DNA of 38,975 bases from an uncultured Gammaproteobacteria bacterium (GTDB lineage: Bacteria; Patescibacteriota; Patescibacteriia; Patescibacteriales; Patescibacteriaceae). Shown in pieces: positions 16,266 through 24,602 of this stretch. Where the stretch lies: the NCBI GenBank assembly GCA_964401085.1, contig CAYNWZ010000001.1:1-38975 (forward strand), written 5' to 3'. The notes beneath the pieces are model-generated. The model did not search any database. It saw nothing but the letters and a program-made list of their open reading frames with translations, and had not been told where the DNA came from. The stretch's first letter is position 1. Each line of letters opens with the position of its first letter. The position numbers and the translations under genes were made by a program.

Positions 16266-17216
16266 ATGTGGCTACTTATCACTGTCTTGGCTAATTTATT
16301 TAACGGGGCTGTTTATCTAGCCGATAAATACTTTTTATCTAAAAAAGTTCACTCTTCCATCTCCTATACTTTTTATGTCGGCATTTGGAGCGTTGGCAAC
16401 TGCGTTCTATTCCTATTCAACCGCCACGTCCCGACTTGGCCATGGTTATTGCTAGATTTAGCCGCCGGCTTAGTGTTTATGGCTGCCCTCTATTTTTGGT
16501 ATAAGGCGCTTCATCAGGGAGAAACCACCAAGGTCGTGCCCATTGCCGGAGCTTTCATTCCAATTTTTACCTTGCTGTTAAATTATTTAATTGGTCGCCA
16601 CAATTTAACTGGTCAAGAGCTTGGGGCTCTGGTTATTTTGATTATTGGCAGCGGATTATTGTCGGCTAGACCAAAAGATAACCAATGGTTGGCTTGGTGG
16701 ATTAGACTAAAAAGATTCTTACAACCTGATAAGGTTATTTTTCGCAGCACAAGACGGTTGATTTTTAATTCTCTATTGGCCTCATTCATTTTCGCTACCT
16801 ACTATGTGCTCATCAAATTTTTATATGATTCTCAGGGCTTTGCCAACGCTTTTATCTGGACTAGGCTGGGCAGTTTTGTCGGCGCCCTAGCCCTAATAGT
16901 TTGGCCAGCCAGCCGACGCCTGATTCTAGATAAACCGCGCCGACAAACAACCATCAAGAGCCTGCCGTTATTTTTACTAATTAGAATTATTGCCTTTATC
17001 GCTTTTGTTCTCAGTAACTTTGCCATAGCCCTGGCCGATGTTTCTCTGGTTAACAGCCTGCAGGGATTGCAGTATTTATTCTTACTGGTAATCGTTTTGA
17101 CTTTAACTAAGCGCTACCCCAAGCTGGTCAAACAAGAAATTAGTCGCGATAATCTGTGGCAAAAAATTAGCGGTATTGTCCTAATTAACTTGGGCTTATT
17201 TTTATTATTATGGTAA
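16266..17216 (+). CDS. Polytopic membrane protein, possibly a DMT/EamA-like permease
   Basis: 316 aa with about 9-10 TM helices, sandwiched between two glycosidase genes with gaps of 3 nt or less or overlaps. The family assignment rests on size and topology only. Confidence 0.35.
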   Translation: MWLLITVLANLFNGAVYLADKYFLSKKVHSSISYTFYVGIWSVGNCVLFLFNRHVPTWPWLLLDLAAGLVFMAALYFWYKALHQGETTKVVPIAGAFIPIFTLLLNYLIGRHNLTGQELGALVILIIGSGLLSARPKDNQWLAWWIRLKRFLQPDKVIFRSTRRLIFNSLLASFIFATYYVLIKFLYDSQGFANAFIWTRLGSFVGALALIVWPASRRLILDKPRRQTTIKSLPLFLLIRIIAFIAFVLSNFAIALADVSLVNSLQGLQYLFLLVIVLTLTKRYPKLVKQEISRDNLWQKISGIVLINLGLFLLLW

Positions 17217-18232
17217 AAAATATACAACGACGGTGGCGCTGGATAATTGCTGGGCTAACCACTTTAATTGTTTTGGGAATACTGTGGATCTGGCTAACAA
17301 GGCGGGATATCTACCAGCCAAACCAAATGAGCTATGGCCTAACTTTTTCACCATTGGTTTTAAAAGATATGGGCCTAGATTGGCGCGCCGCCCTTACCGA
17401 AACATTGGATGATTTGGCCGTCAAACGACTGCGGTTAGTGGCTTATTGGCCAATGATTGAACCGACCAAGGATAATTATGATTTTAGTGATTTAGATTGG
17501 CAAATTGAACAAGCCGGACAAAAAAATGCCCAAATTATATTAGCAGTTGGCGCACGCTTGCCCCGCTGGCCCGAATGTCATTATCCGCAATGGTATAATG
17601 CCGAAAACGCAACTGAAAGACAGCAACAATTATTAACTTATTTACAGGCGGTCATGGAGCGCTATGACCACAACCCGGCCATCGCCGCCTGGCAAATTGA
17701 AAATGAGCCGTTTTTAATCGGCTTTGGTGAATGTCCCAAATTAAATATTAAGCTTTTGGACCAAGAAATCGCCCTCGCCCGTAGTCTCACTAAAAAACCA
17801 ATAATTATCACTGACAGCGGCGAACTGAGCATCTGGTTACCAGCTGCCAAACGAGCCGATATTTTTGGCACATCAATCTATCGCCACACTTACAGCAAAT
17901 ATTTGCGCCATTATATTACCTATCCGATGACTCCAAATTTTTTCAGGATCAAAACCAAGCTGGTTGAGCTTTTAACCAAGACTAAAGATTTGATTGTTAT
18001 CGAAATGCAGGCTGAGCCCTGGGGGCGCAAAGCCTATTTTACCCTTTCTCCGGCCGAAAGAAATCGCACGATGAACATGGAAAAACTACAAGAAATGCTG
18101 GAATTTAGCCGTCAGAGCGGTTTTCAAACAATTTATTTATGGGGCGTAGAGTGGTGGTATTGGGAAAAACAAGTTAACCACAACCCTGAATATTGGCAAT
18201 TTATCAAAAATCTTTTGTCTCAATCAATATGA
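17210..18232 (+). CDS. Membrane-anchored TIM-barrel glycoside hydrolase (clan GH-A, GH5-like)
   Basis: 340 aa with an N-terminal TM anchor (WIIAGLTTLIVLGILWIWL) and the clan GH-A acid/base motif AWQIENEPF. A later E in the IEMQAEPWG region is a candidate nucleophile. Confidence 0.55.
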   Translation: MVKNIQRRWRWIIAGLTTLIVLGILWIWLTRRDIYQPNQMSYGLTFSPLVLKDMGLDWRAALTETLDDLAVKRLRLVAYWPMIEPTKDNYDFSDLDWQIEQAGQKNAQIILAVGARLPRWPECHYPQWYNAENATERQQQLLTYLQAVMERYDHNPAIAAWQIENEPFLIGFGECPKLNIKLLDQEIALARSLTKKPIIITDSGELSIWLPAAKRADIFGTSIYRHTYSKYLRHYITYPMTPNFFRIKTKLVELLTKTKDLIVIEMQAEPWGRKAYFTLSPAERNRTMNMEKLQEMLEFSRQSGFQTIYLWGVEWWYWEKQVNHNPEYWQFIKNLLSQSI

Positions 18233-19074
18233 ATAAACGGCAATTACTAATCGGCCTGGATATCGGCGGCTCTAAAGTTTTGGGCCTGCTTTATGACCGA
18301 CAAACTGGCAAGTCTTACGCGGCCAAGCGCCAACCAATTAGCAAAGAAGGGCTGTCTAATCTATTAAATCAGCTTAATATGGAAATTAGTCGGCTTTCAA
18401 TGGAAGCTGACCGGCTACAGGCCAAAATAACCGGCATTGGTATTGGTATTCCCGGGTCAATTAATAATGGCAAAATTATTCGTTGTCCAAACCTACCGAT
18501 ACTCAACGGCCAAAAATTGGGTCGACTCCTGGCTCCAACCCATAAAATAAACAATATAGTTCTAGACAATGATTTAAACTGTTTCTTGCGCGCTTATTTA
18601 GAAAAACATCCTGCCTTAAAAAAACAAACCTTAATTGTGATTGCCCTGGGCACTGGTGTCGGCGGGTCAATTGCCATTAATGGCCAGAATATCATTAAAT
18701 ATTTAGGGATTAGCAGTGAGCTGGGTCATCTTGCCGTTGATCAATCCGGCCATGATTTGGAATATTATTATCACAAAATAACCGGCCATCCCGCTGGTCG
18801 ATTATTTACCGCAGCCGAAGGTGGCGATCAGACAGCTCAAAGAAAAGTCAATCAATTCGCCAATATCTTTGGGTTAGCGGTGGCTAATCTTAACACTATC
18901 TTCAACCCGAACTCCATTATTTTGACCGGCGGTGTTTCCCGCTACCATAGATTTTATCTAGCTCAGGTTAAAAAAATAGTTAAAAAACACAGCTTCACCG
19001 ACAACCGTCCTGGCTGGCGAATTGGCCATGATCAAAAAGCTGGGGCTATCGGTGCCAGCCTCCTGATTAACTAA
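18229..19074 (+). CDS. ROK-family sugar kinase (glucokinase-like)
   Basis: The N-terminal ATP-binding motif GLDIGGSKV and ALGTGVGGSI are present. The ATG at 18229 overlaps the upstream TGA (ATGA), so the internal Met start is preferred over the track start. Confidence 0.8.
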   Translation: MNKRQLLIGLDIGGSKVLGLLYDRQTGKSYAAKRQPISKEGLSNLLNQLNMEISRLSMEADRLQAKITGIGIGIPGSINNGKIIRCPNLPILNGQKLGRLLAPTHKINNIVLDNDLNCFLRAYLEKHPALKKQTLIVIALGTGVGGSIAINGQNIIKYLGISSELGHLAVDQSGHDLEYYYHKITGHPAGRLFTAAEGGDQTAQRKVNQFANIFGLAVANLNTIFNPNSIILTGGVSRYHRFYLAQVKKIVKKHSFTDNRPGWRIGHDQKAGAIGASLLIN

Positions 19075-19096
19075 AAAAGACCGTCTGGTCTTTTTT
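19073..19096. terminator. Bidirectional intrinsic terminator between convergent genes
   Basis: aaaaaagacc gtct ggtctttttt is a 10-bp stem flanked by an A-run and a T-run, so it can serve both strands. Confidence 0.75.
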
Positions 19097-19102
19097 AGTT
19101 GA

Positions 19103-22006
19103 CTATTTCAATCCCTTAATAATTAGTCCGAGCGGGGGGCTGGTTTTTGTTTGCCCCGACCACAATTCAGCTTCGGCAACAATAGAATAATTGCCATTAC
19201 CCTCAGCTGGCTGTTTAAAATTAATGCTAGCTAAACCGTCGCTATCGGGCGAAACAGCGTCAATCAACTGCCGCTGGCCGCCCTTAATGCTGTAATAAAC
19301 CTTAATCTTGGCCGCCAGCTTAGCTTGGTTAACTCTTAATTGCAAATTTATTGGAAAGTCGGCCGCCCGAAAAGTCAGGCCATCGGCTGGGGATTGCCAG
19401 GCTAGCGATAACGACTGACTATTAGCCTGATTATTGGCTACATTTAAATCAAAGGTCAGTTCGTGCTTAGAACAATTTTTAATATCGTCACAGGCCTCAA
19501 CTGCTAATTTGTGCTGACCATTGGGCAAGAAGTCCAGGTTTAGGTTATCGTCGAACGGTTCACTGGAGTTAGTTTTTAGCAATAAACCATTAATATAGAA
19601 ATTAACCTCTTTGACTCCGCGCGGAGCTGTAGCCTTTAACTTAACTGATAAATTATTGCTGGTTATCCGCTGCCCGGCCGTTGGGCTAATAATGGTTAAG
19701 TCGGGCAGGTTCTCGGTGGTATGTAAATTATCTTTTTCGGTCGGCGGCTCAGCCATATTAAATTTTTGCTTAGTGGCCCAATTCTTAACTCCGGCTTCCC
19801 AGAGCCCAAACTGTGGATCAGCGGCAGCGTTGGTTGGCGCTGCCCCTCGCGGGTCATCACGATTAACATAATACAAGATAGAGTGGCCCTGCCAATAGCG
19901 GTCCTCTCTAATCATGTCCGGTGGCGTAGAGCTGGTGGCCAACAAATTAGAGTTTTTATCAATCTTGACTACGGTGGTGGTTGGAATAACACCATCCAAA
20001 ACGGCCTTACCGGTAGTTTCTGTTTCCGGCTTCTTAAAACTCTCGGCCGGTCCAGACAAAGCGCGGTTCATATAGCCATTCCAAATTGGTGCCGCCACCA
20101 CACTACCATCAGCACCGCGACTCATTGATTTATTGTCGTTGTTACCAACCCAGACACCAGTAATAATTGATGGCGTATAGCCGATGGTCCAGGCGTCCTT
20201 ATAGTCGTTAGTAGTGCCAGTCTTGGCGGCAGCACTACGACTATTAAGCGTCAAATAATTCTTAGCACCGAAAACATAGGCCCGCTCATTGTTGTCACTC
20301 AAAATATCGTTAATTTCTCTAGCGATTTGCGGTTCTAGAACTTTCTGTTGTTCAACCTTGGTTTCTTCCAGAACCTTACCGCGATCATCCTCAATCTTGA
20401 GGATATAGCGGGGGCGAACCATTTCGCCATCACGAGCAAAAGCGCTATAAGCAGCCACGTGCTCCAATAACTTAACTTCACCGCCGCCTAACACCAGGGA
20501 CAGACCAAAACGACTCTTATCAGTTAGCGTGGTGTAGCCAAGATTCTTGGCGACAGCCAAGACGTCGTCTAGTCCGGCCAGATACAGCGTTTTAACTGCC
20601 GGAATATTCAGCGAACCAGCCAAAGCCTTTTTCATGGTGACTGGGCCATGTTCTTGCCCATTATAATTGCTGGGCTGATAAGCCTTATCTGGATCAAGAG
20701 AAAAATTAGTGGCAACATCAAATAAGACCGTCCGCGGCGTATACCCTTTCATAAAAGCAGCAGCATAAACAATCGGCTTGAATGATGATCCAGGTTGCCG
20801 TGGACGCAAGACCAGGTTAACTTGGCCGTCAATATCATCATTAAAATAGTCCCTGGAGCCAACCATGGCCAAAATATCACCGGTCTTGGCGTCTATGGAT
20901 AATAAAGCGGCATTGCTGGCATTAAAATTCTTGGCATTTTTTTCGGCCTGAGCAGTTAGAACCTCTTCAGCAATTTTTTGTTTTTCCGTGTCTAGAGTAG
21001 AATAAATTTTTAATCCGCCCTGTTCGATCATCTTTTCACCGTATTTCTCCGCCAGTTGATCTTTTATAGCCATGACAAAATGGGGGGCAATCATGTTGCC
21101 GTTTTCTTGCAATGGTTTAAATTGAACCTCAAAATTCTTGGCAACAATCGCCTCATCTTCACTGATATAGCCCTGCTTAACCATCACATCTAAAACATAG
21201 TGCTGGCGAGCAATTAACATGTCTTTGCCGGTGCCATAGGGTGAATAACGGCTAGGTGCCTGCGGCAAAGCTGCCAAGATGGCGGCTTCGGCTAAGTTAA
21301 CCTGATTAACCCCTTTGCCAAAATAGCGCTGACTGGCAGCTTCAACACCATAGGCGTTGGAACCATAGGGAATTTCATTAAGATACATCTGTAAGATCTG
21401 GTCCTTAGAGAAGCGTTTTTCAATACGATAAGCCAATATCAACTCCTTGGCTTTGCGAGTGTAGGTCTTTTCTGAGGTTAATAGGGCGTTCTTAACAAAT
21501 TGTTGGGTTAAAGTTGAGCCGCCAGCATGCCGACCTAATAAAACATTAGTCACGACCGTTCTAAACATCGCCCACAAGCTAAAACCGCCATGTTTATAAA
21601 AATCTTTATCTTCAATGGAGATGGTTGCTTGTTTAACGTGGTCAGGAATTTGCTCTAAATTGACCAACGTCCTCTTTTGTTCACCGTGAATCTCATAAAG
21701 AATGGTTTCACCCTTGCGGTCATAGATCTTGGTGCTCTGAGCGACTTGGCGATCTAATAATTTGTTAGGATCCGGCAAGCCGCGAGATAACCACAACAAA
21801 GTAACACCGCCAATGATAGTCATTACCAAAACCAGGGCGCCAAAAAATTTAATAATCTTCGGCCAATCTAATTGTTGTCTTAATTGTGCCGACCGCTGGC
21901 GACTAATTTTTTTAGCCCTAACAATTAAGGCTGAGCGATTGACGGTTTGATTAATAAAACGCTTGGCTGGCGTCGGTTTACGAACCACAAGTTTAGGAAT
22001 AGGCAT
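19103..22006 (-). CDS. Class A penicillin-binding protein (GT51 transglycosylase plus transpeptidase) with a long C-terminal extension
   Basis: 967 aa with an N-terminal TM helix. GT51 motifs are EDKDFYKHGG, GGSTLTQQ and RKAKE. Transpeptidase motifs are SSFKP, SLN and KTGTT. About 270 extra C-terminal residues show a beta-rich, Ig-like repeat character. Confidence 0.9.
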   Translation of the reverse strand: MPIPKLVVRKPTPAKRFINQTVNRSALIVRAKKISRQRSAQLRQQLDWPKIIKFFGALVLVMTIIGGVTLLWLSRGLPDPNKLLDRQVAQSTKIYDRKGETILYEIHGEQKRTLVNLEQIPDHVKQATISIEDKDFYKHGGFSLWAMFRTVVTNVLLGRHAGGSTLTQQFVKNALLTSEKTYTRKAKELILAYRIEKRFSKDQILQMYLNEIPYGSNAYGVEAASQRYFGKGVNQVNLAEAAILAALPQAPSRYSPYGTGKDMLIARQHYVLDVMVKQGYISEDEAIVAKNFEVQFKPLQENGNMIAPHFVMAIKDQLAEKYGEKMIEQGGLKIYSTLDTEKQKIAEEVLTAQAEKNAKNFNASNAALLSIDAKTGDILAMVGSRDYFNDDIDGQVNLVLRPRQPGSSFKPIVYAAAFMKGYTPRTVLFDVATNFSLDPDKAYQPSNYNGQEHGPVTMKKALAGSLNIPAVKTLYLAGLDDVLAVAKNLGYTTLTDKSRFGLSLVLGGGEVKLLEHVAAYSAFARDGEMVRPRYILKIEDDRGKVLEETKVEQQKVLEPQIAREINDILSDNNERAYVFGAKNYLTLNSRSAAAKTGTTNDYKDAWTIGYTPSIITGVWVGNNDNKSMSRGADGSVVAAPIWNGYMNRALSGPAESFKKPETETTGKAVLDGVIPTTTVVKIDKNSNLLATSSTPPDMIREDRYWQGHSILYYVNRDDPRGAAPTNAAADPQFGLWEAGVKNWATKQKFNMAEPPTEKDNLHTTENLPDLTIISPTAGQRITSNNLSVKLKATAPRGVKEVNFYINGLLLKTNSSEPFDDNLNLDFLPNGQHKLAVEACDDIKNCSKHELTFDLNVANNQANSQSLSLAWQSPADGLTFRAADFPINLQLRVNQAKLAAKIKVYYSIKGGQRQLIDAVSPDSDGLASINFKQPAEGNGNYSIVAEAELWSGQTKTSPPLGLIIKGLK

Positions 22007-22100
22007 ATTGAATATTTTATTGTGCTAATTATAGCAAACTGTTCCAATAGATTCAAAAGCGGTTTCTCGCTGATTGGTTCTTGTTGACTTTTTCTGGTTA

Positions 22101-22109
22101 TGTTATAAT
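22101..22109 (+). promoter_or_regulatory. Extended -10 promoter element (TGtTATAAT) upstream of the first pilin gene
   Basis: TG-n-TATAAT at 22101-22109, about 50 nt before the ATG at 22161, with a weak -35 (TTGTTG) 17 nt upstream. Confidence 0.45.
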
Positions 22110-22160
22110 GGCGGCAGAATAAATTTTAATTCTTAGCCCTTGTTGGTTAAAACAAATTTT

Positions 22161-22553
22161 ATGAATCAAATTAAAAAGTTTCTGTTCGGATTGTTGGCAC
22201 TCCAATGCCTCGCTCTAAGTCCAGTCGCCATTGCTCCAGTTAGAGCAGATGTTGATTTATGGGGTGGCAACAATATCGCCAACAACGCTTTCAACAGTAT
22301 CGGTTTCAGCAGAAAAGACCCGCGAGAAATTGTGGCCAATATTATTAAGATCTTGCTAGGCTTTCTCGGGACCATTGCTGTTGTTTTGATTATCTATGCC
22401 GGCTTTTTGTGGATGACGGCGGCTGGCAAGCCCGACAACACCAAAAAAGCCAAAGACATAATGTCGGCGGCAGTGACTGGCTTGGTGATTATTTTAATAT
22501 CTTACGGTATTACGGTATTTGTTACCAATGCCTTAAGTAACGCTATTCAATAA
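22161..22553 (+). CDS. TrbC/VirB2-like small pilin-family membrane protein, paralog 1
   Basis: Signal peptide (..LSPVAIAPVRA|D), a variable region, then two hydrophobic helices flanking the loop FLWMTAAGKPDNTKKAKD. The ATG at 22161 is preferred to the TTG start in the track. Confidence 0.6.
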   Translation: MNQIKKFLFGLLALQCLALSPVAIAPVRADVDLWGGNNIANNAFNSIGFSRKDPREIVANIIKILLGFLGTIAVVLIIYAGFLWMTAAGKPDNTKKAKDIMSAAVTGLVIILISYGITVFVTNALSNAIQ

Positions 22554-22587
22554 AAATTAATTAACTATTAATAAGGTTAAGAAACTT

Positions 22588-22977
22588 ATGAAAAAACTTT
22601 TTGTCGGCTTAATGTCTTTAGTCTGGGCCGCCAGCTTACTGTCTTTAGCTCCAGCCGCTAGCCAGGCTCAAAGCATGAACGCCAATGACTTATGGGGAAA
22701 TGGCACGGTTAGCACTTATCAGAATCAGGGCTTTTCCACCACTGATCCTCGTCAAACAGTTGCCAAGATCATCAAAGTGGCTCTTGGTTTTTTGGGATCA
22801 ATCGCCGTTATCTTAATCGTCCTAGCTGGCTTCAAATGGATGACCGCGGCTGGCAACGAAGATAAAATTGCTGAATCCAAGAAATTAATGGCCGCCGCCT
22901 TTGTCGGTTTGGTTATTATCTTAACTGCCTTTGCTCTAACCAATTTCGTTATTAATTCGGTTATCTCCACTATCTAG
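22588..22977 (+). CDS. TrbC/VirB2-like pilin-family protein, paralog 2
   Basis: Signal peptide (..APAASQA|Q). The same DLWG..F(S)..DPR...A.IIK..LGFLG.IAV..I..AGF.WMTAAG core as paralog 1. Confidence 0.6.
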   Translation: MKKLFVGLMSLVWAASLLSLAPAASQAQSMNANDLWGNGTVSTYQNQGFSTTDPRQTVAKIIKVALGFLGSIAVILIVLAGFKWMTAAGNEDKIAESKKLMAAAFVGLVIILTAFALTNFVINSVISTI

Positions 22978-22986
22978 CGATAGCTT

Positions 22987-23050
22987 AATTCGCCAAATTA
23001 TCTTGGCGAATTTTGTCTCAACCCAAATATTTTGGATTGAGACAAAATTT
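22987..23050 (+). terminator. Two consecutive hairpins (attenuator/terminator-like) splitting the pilin array into 2+4 genes
   Basis: Hairpin A is aattcgccaa/ttggcgaatt (10 bp, loop attatc) followed by TTTT. Hairpin B is ttttgtctcaa/ttgagacaaaa (11 bp) followed by TTTCTT. Confidence 0.5.
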
Positions 23051-23064
23051 CTTAAACAAACTCC

Positions 23065-23424
23065 ATGTCTAGACAGTTGACAATTATTCAGCGGGCAACC
23101 TATCTGCTTGGTTTTTATTTTCTACCAATAATTGCTCGAGCCGACAACTTTGGGCTAGATCAGGCTGCAGGCAGCGCTGGACTAAAAAGTAGCAGCACCC
23201 TGGCAGAAAAATCAGGCCAAATTATTGGTTCTCTCTTAAGTCTAGTTGGCGTCATCTTTTTGGTCTTAATGATTTATGGTGGAATCACTTGGATGACGGC
23301 TAGCGGCAATGATAAGCAGGTAGATAAAGCTAAAAATATTATTACTTATGCCATCATAGGCTTGGTGATAATCCTATCAGCCTATACTATTACCGCCTTT
23401 TTGGGCGGGACATTGGCCCGATAA
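23065..23424 (+). CDS. TrbC/VirB2-like pilin-family protein, paralog 3
   Basis: N-terminal hydrophobic leader, then LSLVGVIFLVLMIYGGITWMTASGNDKQVDKAKNII and a second helix. Confidence 0.6.
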   Translation: MSRQLTIIQRATYLLGFYFLPIIARADNFGLDQAAGSAGLKSSSTLAEKSGQIIGSLLSLVGVIFLVLMIYGGITWMTASGNDKQVDKAKNIITYAIIGLVIILSAYTITAFLGGTLAR

Positions 23425-23425
23425 T

Positions 23426-23836
23426 ATGTTTTGGCAAAGCAAAACAAAACTATTAATTACTTCCGTAGCCCTACTGTTAACGCCAGGTCTTAGAGTTAAG
23501 GCGCAATCTAATAGCGCCACCGAGGCCACCAATGCTTTTGGTTATTTTTTTGGCGGTGCCCAGAAAACAGCTAACCAGATGGGGTATGTGGCCAGCACCA
23601 CCGATGGCACCAGCCTGCTGCTTCTCCAGGCCGCGGCCATAGTTAGTTTTATTTTAAGCCTAGTTGGCGTCATCTTTTTGGTCTTAATGATTTATGGTGG
23701 AATCACTTGGATGACGGCTAGCGGTAATGATAAGCAGGTGGAAAAAGCCAAGGGGACTATCAGTCGCGCGGCCATTGGCTTAATTATAGTTATTCTGGCC
23801 TATGCTATTACTTTTTTTGTTGTTAACCGAATATAA
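23426..23836 (+). CDS. TrbC/VirB2-like pilin-family protein, paralog 4
   Basis: Signal peptide (..LRVKA|Q). The core LSLVGVIFLVLMIYGGITWMTASGNDKQVEKAK shares 65 identical consecutive nucleotides with paralog 3. Confidence 0.6.
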   Translation: MFWQSKTKLLITSVALLLTPGLRVKAQSNSATEATNAFGYFFGGAQKTANQMGYVASTTDGTSLLLLQAAAIVSFILSLVGVIFLVLMIYGGITWMTASGNDKQVEKAKGTISRAAIGLIIVILAYAITFFVVNRI

Positions 23837-23838
23837 TT

Positions 23839-24147
23839 ATGCCAGCTAATCTACAAAACGCCTTTTCCGGAGACAGTTTGAACCAAACCGCAGTAGCTGC
23901 CGGCTATAATCCAGCTCAAAATAACGCCCTAACAACTATTGGTAATTTTATAACCATTATTCTTGGGTTGATTGGTGTTATTTTTTTAGCTCTAATAATT
24001 TATGGCGGTTTTTTGTGGATGACGGCTAGCGGCAATGATAAGCAGGTAGATAAAGCCAAAGCCATTATTGGTCAAGCAACCGTCGGTCTTGTAATTATAA
24101 TCCTGGCCTATTCTATAACCTTTTTTATTATTAAAATTCTTCCATAA
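23839..24147 (+). CDS. TrbC/VirB2-like pilin-family protein, paralog 5 (no obvious signal peptide)
   Basis: 102 aa starting with a polar stretch (MPANLQNAFSGDSLNQ..), followed directly by the two-helix core FLWMTASGNDKQVDKAK. Confidence 0.55.
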   Translation: MPANLQNAFSGDSLNQTAVAAGYNPAQNNALTTIGNFITIILGLIGVIFLALIIYGGFLWMTASGNDKQVDKAKAIIGQATVGLVIIILAYSITFFIIKILP

Positions 24148-24151
24148 CCCT

Positions 24152-24559
24152 ATGTCAAAAACAAATATCTTGGCAACAAGACTGATTTCTTTAATAATAA
24201 TGGCTGTCGGCTTGATAAATATTCCCCTGGCGCAAGCCGTGCCAGCAGAAACATTGACCAACCTTAGAACGGTGGCATCACCGAGTTATCAAGCCCCAAC
24301 CGATGAAAACACTTTGTTTAACAACATATCGTCTATAATAAAGCTGGTCCTGGAATTACTGGGTTTCATTTTTGTTATTTTAATGATTTATGCTGGCATT
24401 CTGTGGATGACGGCCGGTGGCAATGAAAAACAAGTAGAAAAAGCCAAAAACATTATCAGCCGAGCGGCCATTGGTTTGATCATTGTGGTCTCAGCTTACG
24501 CGATAACTTATTTTATCTTTACTAATTTACCGGGCGGAGGCGGAGCTGGACCAGCTTAA
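24152..24559 (+). CDS. TrbC/VirB2-like pilin-family protein, paralog 6 (Gly-rich C-tail)
   Basis: Signal peptide (..IPLAQA|V), core ILWMTAGGNEKQVEKAKNII, and C-terminal LPGGGGAGPA. Confidence 0.6.
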   Translation: MSKTNILATRLISLIIMAVGLINIPLAQAVPAETLTNLRTVASPSYQAPTDENTLFNNISSIIKLVLELLGFIFVILMIYAGILWMTAGGNEKQVEKAKNIISRAAIGLIIVVSAYAITYFIFTNLPGGGGAGPA

Positions 24560-24584
24560 GAAAAAACCCGTTCAAGGAACGGGT
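24560..24584 (-). terminator. Intrinsic terminator of the minus-strand lipoprotein gene
   Basis: Stem acccgttc/gaacgggt. On the minus strand it is followed by a T-run of 6 (the complement of aaaaaa at 24561-24566). Confidence 0.6.
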
Positions 24585-24602
24585 CTCGTGTCAAAAGTGG
24601 AT

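Noticed and set aside
22161-24559. Repetitive block that might have been a CRISPR array or non-coding tandem repeat
   Set aside because: The repeat units are about 400 bp, fall in frame within six ORFs and encode a conserved two-helix protein core. No short regular repeat-spacer periodicity exists here or anywhere else in the window.
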